Shown here in pieces: positions 1 through 7,728 of a stretch of 33,175 nt of DNA (positions are counted from its first letter, which is position 1; each line of letters starts with the position of its first letter). Source of the stretch: Candidatus Caenarcanales bacterium. GTDB taxonomy: Bacteria > Cyanobacteriota > Vampirovibrionia > Caenarcaniphilales > Caenarcanaceae. The DNA is taken from assembly GCA_947489925.1 (NCBI GenBank), contig CANLFK010000002.1, positions 1-33,175 on the forward strand, in the 5' to 3' direction. The notes under the pieces were generated by a model that searched no databases, was not told the origin of the DNA, and was given only the letters and a program-made list of their open reading frames with translations. The translations under genes were made by a program, and so were the position numbers.

Positions 1-199
1 CTTTTAATTGATTACGGCTTTCACTAATTTCTGGCTCGCCAGTTACAAAATTCATTACCCGACCTTGAGGTTTATCCAAAGCAAAACATTGATAATGACA
101 ATTCAATTCATCGATTGCCAAAAGACTTAAAGTTGCTTCATGGATTTCAGAACCATCTAAGTTTCCCGCTCCACAAAGAATTATCGCAAAGTTTTTCAT
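1..199 (-). CDS. elbB: ElbB-like DJ-1/PfpI-family protein, N-terminal part (gene runs off the window start)
   Basis: Hand translation of the minus strand from ATG (complement of 197-199) gives MKNFAIILCGAGNLDGSEIHEATLSLLAIDELNCHYQCFALDKPQGRVMNFVTGEPEISESRNQLK. This closely parallels the E. coli ElbB N-terminus (GVILSGCGVYDGSEIHEAVLTLLAI...CFAPDK). It is absent from the ORF track because it is truncated by the window edge. Confidence 0.6.
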   Translation of the reverse strand, partial: MKNFAIILCGAGNLDGSEIHEATLSLLAIDELNCHYQCFALDKPQGRVMNFVTGEPEISESRNQLK

Positions 200-256
200 A
201 TAAAAAGTTTATTGATATTTGTATAACTTTTAGGATAGCATTCAATTACGCTTAAT

Positions 257-1285
257 TTAAAAGGTCTTCTTTTCTTTCACTTCCTTTAGTTTCTCAACCG
301 CACAACACTTTATCAAAGCATTTGCAATATGCCACATTAAAACTGGAGGAACTGCATTTCCAATTGCTCGATATTGTCTGTTTTCTGAAACTACATCCAA
401 TTTGAATGATTCAGGGAATGATTGAATATTTGCTGCTTCTCTAGGTGTAAATCTTCTGTATTTTCCATCCACCATCAAAACCGGGTCAGTTCCGTTCAAA
501 CTCACTTTTGCCAAATGAGAACTAATAGTATTGCAAGGTTGCTCTAAATCTTGAACTCTGCCTTTGTTCATTTTCTCCCGAACACGAAGCATTCCGTCAA
601 CTGCTCTTTGACTAAAAAACCATTTATCGTCTTGGTCTGCTTGTGGGTCAATTACTTGTTTAAGTTTAACTTTTGAGCCATTGAGTGTATTAGGTTGCGG
701 AAATCGAAACTTGAAATAATCATCAAATTCTCTAAAACCAACAATAAACACTCTTTCTCGCTTTTGTGGTACGCCAAATTCAGAAGCATTTAAAAGTTTG
801 TGATGAATGTAATATCCTGCTTTTTCAAATTCTTTTACAATCATTGGAAAAGCTTGCCCTTTGTTTGCTGATAAAAGCCCTTTCACATTTTCGCCAATGA
901 AAAAACGAGGTTTTTTCTCTTTCAAAACATTAACCATTTCAAAAAATAATTTTCCTCTATCGTCTTTATAGCCAAGTCTAGGCGGGTTTTGAGCACTTAT
1001 TGAAAATGATTGACAAGGAAAGCCACCAAGTAAAATATCGTGGTCTGGAATTTTACTCGGTTCAATATCTCTAACATCTTTGGTTTCGCTTTTAAGCTCA
1101 AAATTGCTGTTGTATATAGCAGTTGCATAACTGTCATTATCTGCTGCATATACAACTTCAAAAGGCGATTCTTCAAAATGCTTTCCAAGAAAATTAAAGT
1201 CTCCTTGAATTCCTAAATTCATTCCTCCGCATCCCCAGAATAATGAAGTTACTTTTAGTTTCTTATTTCTAATAGCTTTTCCCAT
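257..1285 (-). CDS. DNA (cytosine-5)-methyltransferase (MTase B of the island)
   Basis: 342-aa ORF with the ordered m5C-MTase motifs: FWGCGG (I), GGFPCQSFS (IV), ENVKGL (VI), QKRERVFIVG (VIII), AIGNAVPP (X). Confidence 0.9.
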   Translation of the reverse strand: MGKAIRNKKLKVTSLFWGCGGMNLGIQGDFNFLGKHFEESPFEVVYAADNDSYATAIYNSNFELKSETKDVRDIEPSKIPDHDILLGGFPCQSFSISAQNPPRLGYKDDRGKLFFEMVNVLKEKKPRFFIGENVKGLLSANKGQAFPMIVKEFEKAGYYIHHKLLNASEFGVPQKRERVFIVGFREFDDYFKFRFPQPNTLNGSKVKLKQVIDPQADQDDKWFFSQRAVDGMLRVREKMNKGRVQDLEQPCNTISSHLAKVSLNGTDPVLMVDGKYRRFTPREAANIQSFPESFKLDVVSENRQYRAIGNAVPPVLMWHIANALIKCCAVEKLKEVKEKKTF

Positions 1286-1871
1286 TGTCCTGATGTTTTA
1301 GAAAATTCAACAACTAAATTTTTATCCACTTTCAAATTCCCTTGTTCATATTGTTTAACAGGGTTTTGAATCATAAATATGTTTTTGCTATCATCATTTA
1401 CTACCAAGTAATAATTGAAATAATTATCGCCCATTGTTTCGGCTGTGTCCCATTCGTTTGGTGTTAGTTTAAAGCGATTATTGTTAATGGCTTTTTCTTG
1501 ACTTCGTTGTTTTTACTTCGATATAGCGTTTCTTCTTTTCTAATTCAACGCTTTGAATATCGTAACCAACCCCAAGCGGAGTAGGGATTTTATTTATTAA
1601 ATGTTGTCTGTTTGATTTGTCTTTGGTTCTCAAATATTCGTGAGCCAAGATTAAACTTTCTCCATAATCTCCAATGATTTTTGTCGGTACTTTTCTGTCG
1701 CCAGTCATTCGAGAATAATATTCTTGAATTAAAGCTGAAATATTTTCTTGCTCTGATTGGTCAAGGTGTGGAGCAAAGGCTTCTATACCATCAAACTGAT
1801 TTACAAATGAAAACCAAGTTTCTTCAACTGCTGAAATTTCAGGATTTGTAACTTTCTTTTTTGAATTTTTT
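1255..1871 (-). pseudogene. DUF3883-type (PD-(D/E)xK-like, NO VEIN C-terminal family) nuclease-domain gene, interrupted by a +1 frameshift in an A5 run
   Basis: The track ORF 1484-1999 ends ...KIIGDYGESLILAHEYL...GVGYDIQSVELEKKKRYIEVKTTKSRKSH*. The next frame continues KAINNNRFKLTPNEWDTAETMGDNYFNYYLVVNDDSKNIFMIQNP...EFSKTSGQWEKLLEIRN* and stops at 1255-1257. Together these reproduce the DUF3883 pattern (GE..l...E, YDI.S, YIEVKTT, f.LT.NEW, Y.lY.V). Removing one A from the coding-strand A5 run (complement of 1492-1496) fuses the two frames. There is no ATG between the GC-rich insert and the domain. Confidence 0.6.
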
Positions 1872-1953
1872 GGCGTGCCCCTACGGGTCGGGCTATCCGT
1901 TCCAAGTCCTCGCTCGTTCCTCGCTGTGGGCTTTCCACTTCTATCCCTCACGC
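1872..1953. repeat. 82-bp GC-rich insert (about 63% G+C by hand count) in an AT-rich context; possible miniature repeat or REP/MITE-like element
   Basis: Sequence: ggcgtgcccctacgggtcgggctatccgttccaagtcctcgctcgttcctcgctgtgggctttccacttctatccctcacgc. It contains two about 20-nt imperfect direct repeats (gggctatccgttccaagtcc / gggctttccacttctatccc). Its ends are short inverted repeats (GCGTG...CACGC). It starts 2 nt after the HNH gene stop codon. Confidence 0.4.
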
Positions 1954-1955
1954 AA

Positions 1956-2723
1956 CTACTTCTGAAAAATAACATCATTGTGATATTCAATAAATTCATC
2001 CCCAGGAAGAAATTTGATTGGTAAATTCATCCTAATATTTTCAAACCTTTTAATTTCAGTTTCAAAAAATCCTTCTTTTGAATATCGTGTTAATTTGTTT
2101 GAAAAAATAACTTCAAAATCTTTGTTAATGCTAATTAACCCTTTGTCAAATGCTCTATCCAATGTAGCTGATAAACAAATTCCATTTGCAGGATTTAATC
2201 TATTCTTTTCATCTTTTGACCAAGGTTTAATATGCGATGCAATCAATAGTTCAGGTATTGTGATGCCTGTTAATGCACAACCAAAAGTATAATTTGACAA
2301 AACAATGCTTCGGAAATAATCTTGGTTTTTTCTTGCTGTTGTTACACGAATTATATTTTCTCCGTTTTTTGTTTCATCTATTTTAATCTCGACATCAATA
2401 GGAATATCTTTAATATCATTTGTTTTCTGTTCGAGTAGTTTTTCACTTTCAACAAATAATTCATCAAAATTTTGAGTAAATTCAACAAACACTTCTTTAT
2501 CTAATTTCCCAATGTTTGTCGCACCTTTTCTCCCTAATAATTTTTGTTTTGGGTCAAGACTTACGAAATTGACTAATTTGTAAGCAATTGCACCTGAGGA
2601 CCTACCGAGTATTTCAGCTAATTTTTTTACTTCAGCATTTCGATTATTGAATTGACCATAAGGTAATTTGCAATAAAGATTAAATGCCAAAATCAATTCA
2701 TCTCTAGTCCAATTGTTTCTCAT
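1956..2723 (-). CDS. HNH-family endonuclease (HNH_2 / COG3183-like putative restriction endonuclease)
   Basis: 255-aa ORF. The N-terminus WTRDELILAFNLYCKLPYGQFNNRNAEVKKLAEILGRSSGAIAYKLVNFVSLDP and the C-terminal core CALTGI...LLIASHIKPWS...NPANGICLSATLDRAFDKGLISI are the pattern I know from HNH_2-type restriction nucleases. Confidence 0.8.
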   Translation of the reverse strand: MRNNWTRDELILAFNLYCKLPYGQFNNRNAEVKKLAEILGRSSGAIAYKLVNFVSLDPKQKLLGRKGATNIGKLDKEVFVEFTQNFDELFVESEKLLEQKTNDIKDIPIDVEIKIDETKNGENIIRVTTARKNQDYFRSIVLSNYTFGCALTGITIPELLIASHIKPWSKDEKNRLNPANGICLSATLDRAFDKGLISINKDFEVIFSNKLTRYSKEGFFETEIKRFENIRMNLPIKFLPGDEFIEYHNDVIFQK

Positions 2724-2910
2724 ACTTAAAATCTATGTAGTGTGTTGCTTCATTATTACAGTCTTTTACTCCGCAAATCAGATTAGCAATTGGTAATTCA
2801 TCCAAAAAATCAGAATCAATATGATTTTCAATACAACTATCGCATATCTGTGACCAAGAACCATTTTCTTCAATCACAATGTCATCAAATTCTATTTCTT
2901 TATGTTTCAT
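2704..2910 (-). CDS. Small Cys-rich hypothetical protein (about 68 aa, possible Cys4 zinc ribbon)
   Basis: An internal ATG at 2910 lies 1 nt after the upstream MTase stop codon (2912-2914). The 3' end overlaps the HNH start by 20 nt, an operon-style packing. The translation contains CDSC...CGVKDC. I recognise no family. Confidence 0.35.
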   Translation of the reverse strand: MKHKEIEFDDIVIEENGSWSQICDSCIENHIDSDFLDELPIANLICGVKDCNNEATHYIDFKYEKQLD

Positions 2911-2911
2911 A

Positions 2912-3934
2912 TTATGCACATTTTTTATATTGGATTTCATATAGAACAGCATTACCAACTTGTTTATATTGACTTGTTTTGCTTCCTAAAAAAATGAAAG
3001 TGTCAGGAAATGATTGAATTCTAGCACTTTCCCTCACCGTTGGCACACGATTAAATTTATAATGAAAATGGTGTCTGTGCCCTGTATCTATTGTGAAACT
3101 TGGTTTTTTACTGTTTAGCCTAGTCCAAGCAATATTTACATTTCGTGTTTTGTGAAGATGTTCGGGTAAGTTTTTGTAATTACCACCATCAGGAACCATA
3201 GAAATAATTTCAATCGTTTGGTCATTGTGGTTTGTAATTTCGTGATTAAACAAACCTTTTGAGCCTTCACGAATTTTTTCTTGAAATTCAGATTTTGCTT
3301 TTAGTGGATATTTTGCTCCGTCTGATATTGATTTTTCAGGTAAATCAGAAATGGCTTCACTTGATGAAACAAATTCAGGGTTTTTAATTTCAGGGAATTT
3401 GAAAACTTCCTTTCCTTTTGTTCCAATAAAAAAGGCTCTTCTTCTGTTTTGGGGAACGCCAAATTCAGATGCTAAAAGTACTTTGTAAACTACATTGTAG
3501 CCCAATCTTTCAAAATCTTCAATGATATTGTCTTTAACAATACCTTTCCCCATTGAAACAATGTTTGGTACGTTTTCCATTAAGAAAACATGCGGTTTAT
3601 AGAATTCTACAAAACTTACAAATGATTTATATAGCTTGTTTCTTTCATCATCTACAATTCTTTTTCCTGCAATAGAAAAACCTTGACAAGGTGGTCCACC
3701 AATAATTATGTCAGCTTTTTTGATTCCTGTTTTTTTGCATAGCTCTTTTGGTGTTTCATTAAATAAGTCTGCAACTAAACCTATTGAACCTTTGTGATTG
3801 TGTTCAAATGTTTTTATGGCATCTTGCCAATGGTCTATACCAAGTACAACATCATAGCCAGCTTCAATAAAGCCGAAAGAAAGACCTCCGCAACCACAGA
3901 ACAAATCTATAACTGTCGGTTTTACTTTACTCAT
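2912..3934 (-). CDS. DNA (cytosine-5)-methyltransferase (MTase A of the island)
   Basis: 340-aa ORF with motifs DLFCGCGG (I), GGPPCQGFS (IV), ENVPNI (VI), QNRRRAFFIG (VIII), QVGNAV (X). Only a 13-aa tail follows motif X. Confidence 0.88.
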   Translation of the reverse strand: MSKVKPTVIDLFCGCGGLSFGFIEAGYDVVLGIDHWQDAIKTFEHNHKGSIGLVADLFNETPKELCKKTGIKKADIIIGGPPCQGFSIAGKRIVDDERNKLYKSFVSFVEFYKPHVFLMENVPNIVSMGKGIVKDNIIEDFERLGYNVVYKVLLASEFGVPQNRRRAFFIGTKGKEVFKFPEIKNPEFVSSSEAISDLPEKSISDGAKYPLKAKSEFQEKIREGSKGLFNHEITNHNDQTIEIISMVPDGGNYKNLPEHLHKTRNVNIAWTRLNSKKPSFTIDTGHRHHFHYKFNRVPTVRESARIQSFPDTFIFLGSKTSQYKQVGNAVLYEIQYKKCA

Positions 3935-3975
3935 TCCTGTTAATTTACTTTTACTCTTTTTTCAGATTCTTTCTT

Positions 3976-4290
3976 TTAGTCCAAGATAACACCGTTTTCG
4001 GTTAAATAATTTTCTAATTCGGTTACGCTAACCACAATACGACCGTCTTCTTTTCTATTTTTAATAAAGCCTTGTCTTCTTAAGGTTGCACCTTGTTTAA
4101 GAGCAAAATTTAAAGATATTTCAGCTTGTCTTGATAATTTGGGCATATTTAAGCCTTCAGGCAATAAAGCTCCGTGTTCGGTCATAACACCGCTATTGAG
4201 AACCAATAAATAAACAGCATATGCAAATCTGGTTTCAGGGGTAAGGTTTGTATCGCTATTTTGTTCGGTTTGCTCGACTTGATATTCCAT
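3976..4290 (-). CDS. Hypothetical protein (104 aa), first gene of the minus-strand island
   Basis: The ORF is co-oriented with MTase A and lies 41 nt upstream of it. I recognise no motif. Confidence 0.4.
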   Translation of the reverse strand: MEYQVEQTEQNSDTNLTPETRFAYAVYLLVLNSGVMTEHGALLPEGLNMPKLSRQAEISLNFALKQGATLRRQGFIKNRKEDGRIVVSVTELENYLTENGVILD

Positions 4291-4332
4291 AAAAAAAACT
4301 AATTACTATATTTGATTATAAATTTTAACAAT

Positions 4333-4959
4333 CTAATAAAGACTTTTGGCTAAATTTTTTAAACCAGAATCAACTTGAGATAAAGTTTTTTCAATTTCAC
4401 CTGAATTATCGATGACAAAATCAACCAAATTTATTTTATTTTCCTGCGGAATTTGAGCTTTTAATCTGGCGGAAACTTCCTGATCTGAAAGGTTGGGATT
4501 GCGTTTTTGAAGTCTTAATTTTTGTATATTTGACTGACAAGAAATTAACCAAATTTTGTCATAATATTTTTGCAAATTATTTTCAAATAATAAAGGAATT
4601 AAATTAATAGCCAATTCAAAACCTTGATCTGATTTTTCCTGAAAGAATTTTTCGGTAATTTCACGGCATTTCGGATGAATAATTTCTTCAATTTGTTTTT
4701 TTAAACTTGAATCAAAAAATAAAAGTTCACCCAGTTTTTGTCGATTAATAAAAGAAATATTTTGGTCTAAATAATTTTCATTAATAATATTATTTGGCTG
4801 GCATAGTTTAATTATTTTAGTGCTTGCTTCATTTGAATGAGAGAGCAAATCATGCACAATATTATCACTGTCAATAATTGGTATTTTAAGCTTATCTAAG
4901 TAATTACCAATTAAAGTTTTTCCGCAAGCGATATTGCCAGTTATAGCCAGTTTAATCAA
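4333..4959 (-). CDS. coaE: Dephospho-CoA kinase
   Basis: 208 aa. The N-terminal P-loop IKLAITGNIACGKT and the overall length and layout are typical of CoaE. It overlaps the upstream thioesterase gene by 8 nt. Confidence 0.8.
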   Translation of the reverse strand: MIKLAITGNIACGKTLIGNYLDKLKIPIIDSDNIVHDLLSHSNEASTKIIKLCQPNNIINENYLDQNISFINRQKLGELLFFDSSLKKQIEEIIHPKCREITEKFFQEKSDQGFELAINLIPLLFENNLQKYYDKIWLISCQSNIQKLRLQKRNPNLSDQEVSARLKAQIPQENKINLVDFVIDNSGEIEKTLSQVDSGLKNLAKSLY

Positions 4960-5389
4960 TTTTATAAATATTTTCTAATAAGGGATAATAAACATCTTTG
5001 GGTGCTCTCCAAGCTTTGCCTTCTTTGTTTGAAATTATATGAACCGTATAACCTTCAACCAATAATTCATTATTCTCAGAAATAATTTTGCAGTGCATTT
5101 TAAATCTTAATTGTTTATGTATTTCTCGGCTCATTTTAGTTTTAATAATCAAAATATCATCGTAACGAGCGGGCTTAATATATTTTAAATGAGCTTCAAT
5201 TACTGGCAAATAAACATTTCGCGATTCTAAATATTTATAAGTAAAATTGGCCTCTCTTAGCATTTCATTGCGGCCAATCTCAAAATATTTTAAGTATTTA
5301 CTATGATAAACTACGCCCATTTGGTCTGTATCGGCGTAAATTACTCTTATTTGGGTATTAAACTCTTTCGAGATAAGCTCTTCAGTCAT
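4952..5389 (-). CDS. Acyl-CoA thioesterase, YbgC/4HBT hot-dog family
   Basis: 145 aa. IRVIYADTDQMGVVYHSKYLKYFEIGRNEMLR matches the YbgC signature (RVYYEDTD..GVVYH..Y..). Confidence 0.8.
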   Translation of the reverse strand: MTEELISKEFNTQIRVIYADTDQMGVVYHSKYLKYFEIGRNEMLREANFTYKYLESRNVYLPVIEAHLKYIKPARYDDILIIKTKMSREIHKQLRFKMHCKIISENNELLVEGYTVHIISNKEGKAWRAPKDVYYPLLENIYKID

Positions 5390-5482
5390 TTATTTTAATT
5401 TCAGATTAAATTAGTTATTTCTTTCTTTGTTTAATATGCTAAATTAAAAAGCCTGTTTTTAACAGATATACTTAATAATAAA

Positions 5483-6112
5483 TTGAATACTCGTTCCGCT
5501 GGCAGAGAATTAGCTTTTTTAGCCTTAAATCAACTATCTCAAAATACTAACCCCGACCCAGACCAATTGCTTTTGGCGGCTACTAGAACTTTGCGTAATT
5601 ATGCCAAAGACCAAGTCAAAAGAGTTAGAAGACATTTGGCAACTTTGGGAGAAGCTTTTTTTAATGATAATTTAACTCAACAAGAAAATCCGCAAAAACT
5701 TGATTTTGAGAAAATACATAAAAATATTATCAAGCTAGAAACTTGCACCTTTCAAATTTTAGAATCTTTGGAATTACCAGAATTATTGAATCAATCAAGA
5801 GAGGCTTATTCTTTTGCTGGTGAAATTGTTTTGTTTGTCCGTAAAAATAAATCTCGCATTGATGAATTAATTATTTCTGCTTTGCAAATCCGCAAAGACA
5901 AAGAAAAACATTGGAATTTTGACCGTATTTTAAGTGTTGAAAAAAATATTTTTAAAATTGCCACTGCCGAATTTTTAATGAAACCCGATTGTCCACCAGC
6001 TATTATTATTGATGAAGCTCTTAAATTAGCTGAAAAGTACGGAGCTGAAGAATCCACTAAATTTGTGAATGGTGTACTTTCTGATTTAAGTAATAATGTT
6101 TTAACTAGCTAA
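5483..6112 (+). CDS. nusB: Transcription antitermination factor NusB (long form)
   Basis: 209 aa with a TTG start. The N-terminus is RSAGRELAFLALNQL. The C-terminus DEALKLAEKYGAEESTKFVNGVLSDL is the conserved NusB end. Confidence 0.8.
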   Translation: MNTRSAGRELAFLALNQLSQNTNPDPDQLLLAATRTLRNYAKDQVKRVRRHLATLGEAFFNDNLTQQENPQKLDFEKIHKNIIKLETCTFQILESLELPELLNQSREAYSFAGEIVLFVRKNKSRIDELIISALQIRKDKEKHWNFDRILSVEKNIFKIATAEFLMKPDCPPAIIIDEALKLAEKYGAEESTKFVNGVLSDLSNNVLTS

Positions 6113-7534
6113 ATTAAAAGCCAATTTAAAAGTATTAATTAAATAATTCACTTCTTCCAGACCAACTGATACTCTAATTAAATGTCGATCAACACCACAA
6201 GTCTCGACCCAATCAAGCTCATTATAATGTGCAAGCAAAACATAAGGACAAACCAAGGTATAATTTGTGCCTAAGCTTGGCCCTTTCAGTAAATTTAAAT
6301 TATCATAAAATTTGGATGATTGACTTTTGTCTTTTAAAACTAGTGAAAATAAACCTCCAAAGCCAGTTCCAGTTTTCATTTTATTTAAATAATTATTATT
6401 AGTCGAATATTTAGGATAATAAATCTTCTCAATTTCATCATGATTAGCCAAAAAGTCGCATAAAGTTTCAGTATTTTTATTTATAATTTTCATTCGGTCA
6501 GCAAAATCAATTGAGTTTTTTTCCAAAATAATTAAATCTTCAGCCCAACAAATATCTTCAAATATTAAATCTAGTGAGTTTTTCAGACTTTTATAATTAT
6601 TGCTTTTCGGGTTTAAAATTAAAGCTCCGCCCATCACATCACCAACTCCGCTAAAAAATTTACTTAAACTAGTAGCAATAATGTCCACGGAAGACACTAA
6701 ATCAAGATTAAAATAAGTGCCAATCGTATCATCAACAATTAAAGGGCAATTTTTATTTTTAGCTAATTGATTTAAAATTTCTAAATTTGGACTCTCTAAA
6801 AGAGGATTACTGGGAAATTCACAAAAAATACCAGCTAATTCTTGCTCAGATAATTCATTCAGTTTTTGCTCATTCAAACACAGTATATTTCCAAAGCCAA
6901 ATTTTTCTTGAATTTTCAAGGTGTCTGTGTAAGGAAAGCCAAATTGCAAAGTTTTTGTTTGAGGTTTTAATTTTATACAAATTTGGTGAGCGGCAAATAA
7001 AGCACTCATTCCATTCGGAAACAAATAAATATTTTCAGCATTTTGTTCGGTCAAAGAAGCAATTCTCTTTTTTATTTTATTATTGGCTTCTTTGCCAGCT
7101 TCAATCAAGTCATTATTAATTTTGTCTGTTTGTAAATAATATAAAGCTTGTCTCGAAGAGATTATTTGTCCAGTATGTTGCCAAAAGCTTTTTAATTGAC
7201 TTAATTGTTCAGGTTTATTTGTTTTGAGACCAGCTAAGTTTTGATTAATTAAAGTAATTTTGTCTGCTGGAATTTTGGCAAATTGACTGGCTTCTAAAGC
7301 TGACTGATATGATGGAAAAATAAAGTCAAGATTGTATTTTTGGCATAAATCCTTTACAAAATGATGAATAACAAAACGAGGATAACCAGCTTTCAGAGCA
7401 TTGCAAATCAAAGGATTTTTTTCTTCATAGCCAATTATATCGCTCCAGTTAGGTAAACTTACTGAAATTGAATGCAAAGAATTTTGAGGAATTGGCTCTC
7501 CGAGTAAAAGCATTTGAAATAAATTTTTAAGCAA
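6101..7534 (-). CDS. PLP-dependent enzyme of the Cys/Met-metabolism family (cystathionine gamma-synthase-like)
   Basis: 477 aa. The N-terminal HSISVSLPNW...GYPRF block and the SLSKFFSG lysine motif are typical of the Cys_Met_Meta_PP family. The start is uncertain (TTG at 7534 or ATG 7 codons downstream). Confidence 0.7.
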   Translation of the reverse strand: MLKNLFQMLLLGEPIPQNSLHSISVSLPNWSDIIGYEEKNPLICNALKAGYPRFVIHHFVKDLCQKYNLDFIFPSYQSALEASQFAKIPADKITLINQNLAGLKTNKPEQLSQLKSFWQHTGQIISSRQALYYLQTDKINNDLIEAGKEANNKIKKRIASLTEQNAENIYLFPNGMSALFAAHQICIKLKPQTKTLQFGFPYTDTLKIQEKFGFGNILCLNEQKLNELSEQELAGIFCEFPSNPLLESPNLEILNQLAKNKNCPLIVDDTIGTYFNLDLVSSVDIIATSLSKFFSGVGDVMGGALILNPKSNNYKSLKNSLDLIFEDICWAEDLIILEKNSIDFADRMKIINKNTETLCDFLANHDEIEKIYYPKYSTNNNYLNKMKTGTGFGGLFSLVLKDKSQSSKFYDNLNLLKGPSLGTNYTLVCPYVLLAHYNELDWVETCGVDRHLIRVSVGLEEVNYLINTFKLAFNLAS

Positions 7535-7728
7535 GATAATTTTATAAAACTTATTAAAAAAACACCTGATTAGTTTATTTTTATTTAGACTATTAGTTCA
7601 TACAGTATTGTGAAAATAACCGCCAGTTGGTTTAATTATTAAAGACTGAAAATGATTCTCAAGTCCGTTTAACTAAGTTGTTTTAGTTTACAATTACTGG
7701 GCTACCTAAAAATGGTTGAAATAATTGT

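Noticed and set aside
1492-1496. Programmed ribosomal frameshift or deliberate phase-variable switch at the A5 run in the DUF3883 gene.
   Set aside because: An A5 tract is too short to argue for programmed slippage or phase variation, and I saw no downstream stimulatory structure. Mutation or homopolymer sequencing error is the simpler explanation, so it is reported only as a frameshift.
2912-2960. Possible C-terminal truncation or frameshift of MTase A. Motif X reads GNAV-LYEIQYKKCA* instead of GNAVPP followed by a longer helix.
   Set aside because: The alternative frames upstream of the stop are closed, and the adjacent 84-aa frame is not a continuation of an MTase. Some genuine m5C MTases have short, non-PP tails after motif X (for example GNSV in M.HhaI). 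I therefore treat it as intact, with slightly reduced confidence.
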